IMG/VR virus record: IMGVR_UViG_3300044712_000568
Location: 1 to 64,000 of that record
Length of the DNA stretch: 64,000 bases
Reading direction: 5' to 3' (one strand)
Origin: a virus
Lineage: Duplodnaviria > Heunggongvirae > Uroviricota > Caudoviricetes
Part shown: positions 56,889-64,000 of the stretch, in pieces
How the letters are laid out: each line of letters opens with the position of its first letter
Position numbering within the stretch: the stretch's first letter is position 1
Made by a program: the position numbers and the translations under genes
Notes under the pieces: generated by a model
What the model saw: the letters and a program-made list of their open reading frames with translations, nothing else
Told to the model about the DNA's origin: nothing
Databases searched by the model: none

Positions 56889-58249
56889 ATGCCATACGGA
56901 ATTTTACATATCCCAACTGGGAATTTAGTTTATAGTGAATTTCATTGCGATCTTCAACATAAACTCTTTAGAGACGAATACAAAGCATGGCTTCATAACG
57001 ATAAACAGTCTGATAAATCTGAAGAAGACCGAGAGGGTCTTGTATCTATGGATTTATACGGATTCTTTTTAGGAACGGATCTTTCAACTGAAGTTGGAAC
57101 TCCGTTCTTCTTTTTGGTAGCTCTTGAAAATAAGAAATTTCTTAATAGAATAATTCACCTAAGAGATTTTAGAGAGCAGTTAGGATTGGATCTAAATCCA
57201 GGAATGGAATGGGATCAATTATCACATGCCCTAACACAAAATCCGCAACTACTTCCAGATGTTTCTGAATTCGAAGTCGTTGAATTGCCAAAAGATACTG
57301 CAACTATGCAGGATAATTATCGCTTAATGTGGAAGGAAGTAGAAGAACTTAATACTGAGAGTGCATAATATGACAAAAATTCTTTGTGTAGTTACTGGAG
57401 AATATGTTCATTTTTTAACATCCACTGAATTTGATGAAAAGTGCAGAGCTTCTAAAAAATCTGTTGATGAGATAACTATTAATTGGGAAGAATCATTTTC
57501 TCGCACTGCTGGAAGAAGCTTATCGGATCATATAGCCATACTTGCTGATCAAATTGAGTTACCTATAGAAGCATTTGAGATTCAATATGACTAAGATACT
57601 TTATATACCAACTGGTGAATTTGTCATATTTTATACTTGTTTTAGTGGTGGTGCAACTACTACTTACGAAGAAACCGCATATCATAATGTAAAACATTTA
57701 TCTCCACAAGAATTTATTGACAAGCAGATTGTTCAATATTTTAAAGAGGGTAATGGAAGTAATGTAACTCCATTAGAATTTACTGTGGTGACAATATGAC
57801 TAAAGTGTTAGATTTAACTGATCATGAATTTTTACTATTTATAACATCTGTTGAATACGACAATTTACACGGATTAAAAGTAACAGATGAGAATTATACA
57901 TTAATATGGGAAGAGTCTTATGCATATTCTGTTGGAGAATCTTTAGAAGAGTGGTTAGAAGATTGTCAGCCACTTTATTTATTTGAGATAATGTATGACT
58001 AAACTTTTATATCTTCCTACTAATGAATATCTTAAATTTTGGATTGAGGATGGAGATAATGGAACCGGTTTTAATACTACAAAAATAGAATCTGCTGGCA
58101 GTTATCTTACTCCAAGATATCGTTCAGTTGAAGAAGCTGTTGAGGCTGTTGTTAAAGCTTCTCCTGGATCTATTCTTTTTTTAGAAGTAAACAATATACA
58201 ACATTTACCAATCTTACGAGAAGAATTAGAGGTAATCTACGATGAGTAG
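56889..58249 (+). CDS. Tandem array of five HIP(S/T)G-family proteins (56889, 57370, 57587, 57796, 57995)
   Basis: GILHIPTG, MTKILCVVTG, MTKILYIPTG, MTKVLDLTD, MTKLLYLPTN starts; EFEVV/FEIxYD-type ends. Confidence 0.78.
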
Positions 58250-59156
58250 ACTCATATTTAAAACACTAGCTGGATCTAGATTATACGGAGTAGCAACAAC
58301 TGATTCTGACTATGATTACAAAGGAGTCTTTTTAGAAGATCTACATGAGCTTTTAAACAAAGACGATGATGTTAACAGAACTACAGATCCGACTAAAAAT
58401 ACTGAATCTGAATTATTTAGTTTAAATTATTACATGAAGTTATTGGGGCAAGGTCAAGTAATACCTTTGGATATGTTATTTGCTCCAAAAGAATTTTGGA
58501 CAGATTCTTCAGATGAATGGAAAACAATTCAGAAGCATAGAAAACTAATGGTATCTTCTAACATAACTCCTTTCGTTGGGTATGCTAAAGGCCAAGCTAT
58601 GAAATATGGCTTGAAAGGAAATAAAATTCAAACCATAGAAGTAGCAATGGGTTTAGTTGATGCTGGCCTTGATTTTGATGCTATTTGCCAAGGGTTAAAA
58701 GGCATGGATGGAGTTGTATTTGAAGTAGAAAAAACAACCAATAAAGATATACGACATATTGTTATATGTGGTAAATCTTTTGGGGAAACTACTAAACTTG
58801 ATCTCTGGAAAGGCCCGTTAAACAAACTAAGAAAATCTTTTGGTAGACGCGCAGAACAAGCCGCTGATGGTGTTGATCTTAAAGCACAATACCATACTGT
58901 AAGAATATGTTCTGAGGCAATAGAGCTTTTAACCACTGGAGAGCTTACATTCCCTAGGCCAGAAGCCGATACTCTAATCAAGATACGGGAGGGTCATTAC
59001 TCTACCACTCAACTTGAAGAAATGGTTGAATCTTATTTTGATCAAGTTAAAGAAGCAGAACTTGTTACAAGACTTACCCCTAAGCCAGACTTTGCTAAAA
59101 TGGATGAATTGGTATATAAATTACAAGCATCCTATCTATTGGAGGTTATGCAGTGA
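58242..59156 (+). CDS. DNA-pol-beta superfamily nucleotidyltransferase (phage type)
   Basis: GSRLYG...SDYDYKGVF; YAKGQ; K..YH.VR; L.KIR.G. Confidence 0.85.
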   Translation: MSRLIFKTLAGSRLYGVATTDSDYDYKGVFLEDLHELLNKDDDVNRTTDPTKNTESELFSLNYYMKLLGQGQVIPLDMLFAPKEFWTDSSDEWKTIQKHRKLMVSSNITPFVGYAKGQAMKYGLKGNKIQTIEVAMGLVDAGLDFDAICQGLKGMDGVVFEVEKTTNKDIRHIVICGKSFGETTKLDLWKGPLNKLRKSFGRRAEQAADGVDLKAQYHTVRICSEAIELLTTGELTFPRPEADTLIKIREGHYSTTQLEEMVESYFDQVKEAELVTRLTPKPDFAKMDELVYKLQASYLLEVMQ

Positions 59157-59429
59157 AAATTTGGGTAGTTTATGGATATAATGAAATAGAAAAAGTTTGG
59201 GATGAACTAGATTATAACTCTAATTTTCGTAATATTAGATATTTTATGAATCCCAAAAGTAGGCGACTTAGGACAGCCAGAGAGCACGGATTCGCTAAGT
59301 TTGTTTTTGTAAGACGAAGCAAAGAAGCTCTTTGGTGTTATAATCCTATTCATAATAAGCCATTAATTCCATACAAAGAGTATTTTACATCACCGAGAGT
59401 AGATGTCCTTCTCAGAAAGTTAGCTAAAC

Positions 59430-59702
59430 ATGAGAGAATTGCTTTACATACCGGGAGGTAGAATTATCCGGTTTACGGATAGACGGCCATTTGATACTTC
59501 ATTCGAAGATCGGCTCGTTGAACTCTCATTAATGAAACACCAAATAACTTCCGAATATGGTTTTTTATTAGCCATTGTTTGTGGAGAGCTTTCTCCAGAC
59601 TTTTATGAAATGCACGATATTAAATTACCTGCATTACTAGATGAATTCGAAGTTATTAATTTACCAGACCCTCCGGAATCAACCGAGCATGAAGAATCTT
59701 GA
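59430..59702 (+). CDS. HIP(S/T)G-family protein
   Basis: MRELLYIPGG...LDEFEVI. Confidence 0.7.
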   Translation: MRELLYIPGGRIIRFTDRRPFDTSFEDRLVELSLMKHQITSEYGFLLAIVCGELSPDFYEMHDIKLPALLDEFEVINLPDPPESTEHEES

Positions 59703-60426
59703 TACTCCTATTAATTTTCAATGGTTAAGTTTTATATTTTTAGCAATAATCTCTTCCTACTTTACTTACACTTTATCTTATGAATTGGGAACAACGCCCG
59801 TAGAGAAGACCGCTCTTATTGCTGGAAGTTTAGCTATTGAAGTTATTAAGATGTATTCATTGATTCATGCTAATACTTTACTTTCTACAAAAAAGAAGTA
59901 TAAAACTCCTAAACTATTAGTGTTATATGGCACTTATAGTTTTGTTGCTTTTTATTCACTCTTAGCTAGTTTTGGTTATGCCCTTTCCACCGTTGACAAA
60001 CTCGTAGAAACGTCAACTATCGTATCAAATGAAGATTCGATTAGTGTGGACCGTCAGAATATGAACCTCTTGGATAGGTCGATTGAGCAAGTTAATTTTA
60101 ATATTAAATTAAAGCAGGACTTAATTTCCGCCTTGCCAATGGACAATATCAACAGACGCTTGTCATTATTAAATTTAATAAAAACAGACGTTGCCTCTCT
60201 GGAAGAGTATTCGCAAAAGAAAACTGAATTGCAAGCTAAGATTAGTAAAAAGCAATTAGAAGCCCAAGCTCAAAAAGTAACAGTAAAGAAAACAATGTAT
60301 CAAGTTATTGGAACTACTTTAGGAATAACTCCAAGGTGGGTAGCCTTTGCTGTATTGTTTTTATTTGCGTTATCAATTGAGCTTGGGATATTCATAACAT
60401 CACCACACAATTTCTTGTATCAGTAG
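59689..60426 (+). CDS. Membrane protein with coiled-coil loop
   Basis: Three N-terminal TM helices, coiled coil, C-terminal TM. Confidence 0.7.
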   Translation: MKNLDTPINFQWLSFIFLAIISSYFTYTLSYELGTTPVEKTALIAGSLAIEVIKMYSLIHANTLLSTKKKYKTPKLLVLYGTYSFVAFYSLLASFGYALSTVDKLVETSTIVSNEDSISVDRQNMNLLDRSIEQVNFNIKLKQDLISALPMDNINRRLSLLNLIKTDVASLEEYSQKKTELQAKISKKQLEAQAQKVTVKKTMYQVIGTTLGITPRWVAFAVLFLFALSIELGIFITSPHNFLYQ

Positions 60427-60740
60427 GTTATGTCCGTTCAAATAATGACTGTAACTTTCGAAGAATTAGAATCAGGTGCGCCAGCTATCAATCTGTGTTC
60501 TGAATTCTCAATTCCTATTTCTAACAAAACTTTTGTAAAATCTTTCATCAGCTATTATACAAATGACCTTAAATTTCGCTTAGAGACTATCTCTGGTAAT
60601 AAATTATCATTTAAATGGTTATCCGAAGATGACGATATTATAGAAGTTTATTTCAAAGGTGATATGGTTGGATACGCAATGGGAGCCGATGTTAAACAGG
60701 CTTTTGTTGGAGTTCTCCAATGTATGCTTTCGGAGAAATA

Positions 60741-61363
60741 ATGCTTGCTCTATTACACATCCCTTCAGGGCAATTAGTAAAACTTTCCTTTACCGGAACT
60801 GGAGTAAAACCTCCAGTTGTAGATCTTGAATTCATTTATAAGAATGAGTTTTATCGCGGTGATGTAAAATATTCTTTTTCAGTATGGCTGGAAAAGTTAC
60901 AAGCAAAAATTATAGCAGATGCTATGCCAAGTTATGACGCATTTATTAAACAAAATCCAATGCTAAAAAATGCTGATACTGTTCACGCAGAATTTGCTAT
61001 TGTTGAAATAGATCAAGCCACTGGATATCCAAATATGTCATTAGAAAATGTTAAGATACACACCAAAGAAGAATTTAAGGAGACGGTGCAAAAATGATTA
61101 AACTTTTATATGTGCCATCTGGCGAATGTATTCAATGGCAAGCATGTCAAGAAGAATTTGCTAAAACTGGAAATGAATTCACTGTAGACTATAACAAGTC
61201 TCATTGGAAAGAGGCTTGGGGAGACTCTCCCGATACTCTGATTCCTCATTTTTGCAATCCGGATAATGAGGAAGATACTAAAAAGATGCATAAGATTCCC
61301 ATCAAAATTGAATTGGATCCGAAAGAGTTTGAACTTATCTATGAGAACGAGACGGCGCCTTAA
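60741..61363 (+). CDS. Two HIP(S/T)G-family proteins (60741-61097, 61094-61363)
   Basis: ALLHIPSGQ...AEFAIVE; KLLYVPSGE...KEFELIYE. Confidence 0.72.
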
Positions 61364-61475
61364 TAAGCACCCAATGGGCCTAAAACGGCCCGAATGCACC
61401 TGATGGACCTCTGGATGGGTAAAACCATCCAGACGTATTTAAAGCCATTTATAGCATATTTCAATTGGAGAAATA

Positions 61476-62363
61476 ATGAGTGTTATTACCGAGCCCATGT
61501 TAGCTGGGACTTGTGAAGATAAGAAGAAAATTAAGTATCCTGTTGCAGCGACACCCAAATTAGATGGTATTCGATGCTTAGGAAGAAATGGAATAGCCGA
61601 AAGCCGGAAGTTCAAAAAGATACCTAACACTTACATCAAGACGGAGTTAGAAAAGATCTTTGGTTTGGAAATTTCCAAAAATTTTGACGGGGAAATTATG
61701 TCGGGTTCTACATTCCAGGAATGTTCCGGGAATGTAATGCGGGAAGATGGCACACCCGACTTCAAATACTATCTCTTCGATTTAGTTGGAGATAATCTGA
61801 CTGAAACTTATGAAGATCGTATGAAAAATCTCAAGGCTCTTACGATCACAGATTCTAGATTTGTTAAAGTTCTACCAGTTATTGTTAATAACGAAGCAGA
61901 ACTTAATGAGTTTGAAGAAAAATGTCTTGCTGAGGGTTACGAAGGAGTGATGATTAGATCACTATCTAGCCCGTATAAGTGCGGTCGTAGCACAGCTAGG
62001 GAAGGCTATCTTCTTAAGATTAAACGCTTTAGCGATTCTGAAGCTGAAATTATTGGTTTTGAGGAACTCAAGCACAATAATAATGTAGCTGTCAAAAACA
62101 AGGTGGGACGCTCCGAGCGCTCTACCAGTAAGAAGAACATGGTTCCTGGCAATACTTTAGGTAAGATTTTAGTTCGAGATTTAAAATCTAAAGTTGAGTT
62201 TGGAATTGGTAGCGGATTTGACGATACTATGCGTAGACTCATTTGGGATAATCGCAGTGAGTGGATGGGAAAAATTGTGAAATACAAGTATTTCTCAGTT
62301 GGAGTAAAAGATGCTCCACGGTTCCCAGTATTTTTGGGTGAACGCTCTGTAGATGATATGTGA
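61476..62363 (+). CDS. ATP-dependent DNA ligase
   Basis: PMLA, PKLDGIR, FDGEI, EGYEGVMIR, LKIK, GSGF, RFPVF. Confidence 0.93.
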   Translation: MSVITEPMLAGTCEDKKKIKYPVAATPKLDGIRCLGRNGIAESRKFKKIPNTYIKTELEKIFGLEISKNFDGEIMSGSTFQECSGNVMREDGTPDFKYYLFDLVGDNLTETYEDRMKNLKALTITDSRFVKVLPVIVNNEAELNEFEEKCLAEGYEGVMIRSLSSPYKCGRSTAREGYLLKIKRFSDSEAEIIGFEELKHNNNVAVKNKVGRSERSTSKKNMVPGNTLGKILVRDLKSKVEFGIGSGFDDTMRRLIWDNRSEWMGKIVKYKYFSVGVKDAPRFPVFLGERSVDDM

Positions 62364-63176
62364 TAGGAGAAATAAAATGTCTATAAACTTACCATATCTA
62401 CCAACTTCTTATAACTTAAAAGAATTAGCAGAGCAATACAGATTGATGAACAATCCTTGTAGTGAAGTTCGTCTTGACGGTTCTTCATATTTTCCTAGAC
62501 CAAATGTTGATCGATTAAAAGAATTGGTAATTCATGTTAATGACGATGAAGCTAAACAAATTCTCAGTGTTTTATTAACCGAGGCTACCAAAGAAAATGG
62601 TATTGTTCTATCTAAGAACGTTGTAGATGCTCTAATATTAATGGTAACTGATTCTTGCGGCGGGCCTCCAGAAGGAGCTTTATGATAGGATGCCACATTG
62701 GTGATGATGACAAATGGATGGATGGTGATATGAGAAAGAAATATGAAATAACAGATGAATTTATTCCAACTCAAGAAGAGTATGCGGATAGACCAGATTA
62801 TGCTAATTATCCAGGCCAATATACAGCCTGGGAAGAAGAGATGATATCGCAAGAAAAGGAGACAGCTACGACTATGGCAGAATTACAAAAGATTTTACAA
62901 GGGTCTATGTCGCAGCCCAAAGCAACTAGTAAAGTCAAAAAGATGTCTTTTGACGATGTGGCTCAAAAACAAGACATGAATAACTTTGAAAAATATATGC
63001 CCGGCCCTGAGTTTTTTAAACCTGCTATGGGAAGACTTATGCAGTATATGAGTGAAGATGACTGTAAAGCTATCTTAGATCATTTATTTAAAGAGCTCTC
63101 CAAAGATGATAGAGAGCTTCATATTTCTCCTCGAATTGAAACAACCATTATTTCTATGATGGTAGATAGGGCCTAA
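62353..63176 (+). CDS. Two hypothetical proteins with related C-termini
   Basis: DEAKQIL..LL.E...I..S..V...LI.MV.D versus DDCKAIL..LF.E...IS..I...II.MMVD. Confidence 0.6.
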
Positions 63177-64000
63177 TGAATCGTGAAATTGTAGTTGCTT
63201 TAGTTTGCAATATATCTTCGGATAAAGCAGATCATAAAATTGTTAAATCCTTGGAGGAGTTTATTCCGACTCCTCCAAGCTGTAATCTTACAACAAAAAC
63301 TTTTTGTTTAACTGAAGATACGACTGAATTTATTCAAGAATTAGTTGGATTTAATCCGGATCTTATAGTTCATTATGGGTTGGGTCAAGGAACATTTTGG
63401 TCCGATCATACACAGGAAGTAGAAGTCATAGAAAAACAATTCAAGGTTCCTTTGCTTCAAGATAATCATGATGCTCAAGAACTTTTCTATTCTGAGAAAT
63501 ATCTTTATACTACATTCTTTGATGTAATTAAAGAAAAGATTTTACAGCTTGATCTAATTAAAAGCCGTCCTTCAAAATTAAGAATTGCAACAACGGAAGA
63601 AGATCTGATTTATTTACGTGACCGTTGTTTTAAAGAACCCTTTGGATTTGACACTGAAACAAATTTCCTCAATCCTTTTATCAAGGATCCAGAGCCTAAA
63701 CTCCTCTGTTATTCTTTGGCGTGGTTAACTGACGAAGAAGAGGGATGGTGTATCCCTACTTCCGACATGCTGATGAAAAGTGGAAATTGCACCTTCACTA
63801 AGGAAACTGTAATGAAATATACTGAAGAGATTTTATTTGAATCTCCTCAGGGTATGTTTATTCACAATGCAGCGTATGATTTGTTAGTATTACATGAACT
63901 ATTTAAGGGCAAGCAGCCAAAGAATTTTATGGCTGATACTATGGTTTTATTAAATTTATATCACCATGCAAATAAATCTGCTGCTCTAAAAGAAAATACG
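63176..64000 (+). CDS. DNA polymerase, 5' part with 3'-5' exonuclease domain (runs off the window)
   Basis: Open frame from TAATG overlap; FGFDTETNFL (ExoI), HNAAYD (ExoII), ADTM. Confidence 0.75.
   Translation, partial: MNREIVVALVCNISSDKADHKIVKSLEEFIPTPPSCNLTTKTFCLTEDTTEFIQELVGFNPDLIVHYGLGQGTFWSDHTQEVEVIEKQFKVPLLQDNHDAQELFYSEKYLYTTFFDVIKEKILQLDLIKSRPSKLRIATTEEDLIYLRDRCFKEPFGFDTETNFLNPFIKDPEPKLLCYSLAWLTDEEEGWCIPTSDMLMKSGNCTFTKETVMKYTEEILFESPQGMFIHNAAYDLLVLHELFKGKQPKNFMADTMVLLNLYHHANKSAALKENT

Noticed and set aside
1-64000. Stop-codon reassignment as a cause of the many short ORFs
   Set aside because: Conserved enzymes are full length in code 11, all three stops end genes at overlapping junctions, and no CTA/TCA/TTA suppressor tRNA was found.

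Overview
This is a 64-kb segment of a large, AT-rich, lytic-type dsDNA bacteriophage (jumbo/T4-like gene repertoire), almost all on the + strand with tightly packed, translationally coupled genes. It carries 22 canonical tRNA genes (1.4-9.7 kb, 16.2-16.5 kb, 22.2-23.6 kb) and NAD/nucleotide metabolism genes (NADAR, HAD nucleotidase, Prs-like + NAMPT-like pair, GuaC, ThyX, deaminase). It also has a LemA/TPM membrane module, hemerythrin, lytic transglycosylase, MoxR-type AAA + VWA/metallopeptidase, RuvB-like ATPase, HU, ClpP-like protease, UvsW- and DnaB-like helicases, ATP-dependent ligase, several HNH/EndoVII nucleases and the start of a DNA polymerase. Three things are not explained by standard annotation. 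(1) At least 14 tandem non-coding RNA units in the tRNA island have unrelated sequences but share one closing helix with a 1x3 bulge (5' A|W ... CHC|U 3'). Several carry tRNA-like or cloverleaf cargo, which recalls Ro60-binding Y RNAs. (2) About a dozen aberrant tRNA-like genes are present (35-85 nt D-loop expansions, extended anticodon arms, a circularly permuted form, a 65-nt D-armless Cys-like form, a long-arm tRNA-His). (3) A family of about 30 small paralogous proteins is framed by 'ILHIP(S/T)G' and 'EFE(I/V)V' motifs. All RNA structures were folded by eye and all protein calls come from motif recognition; no database searches were run.
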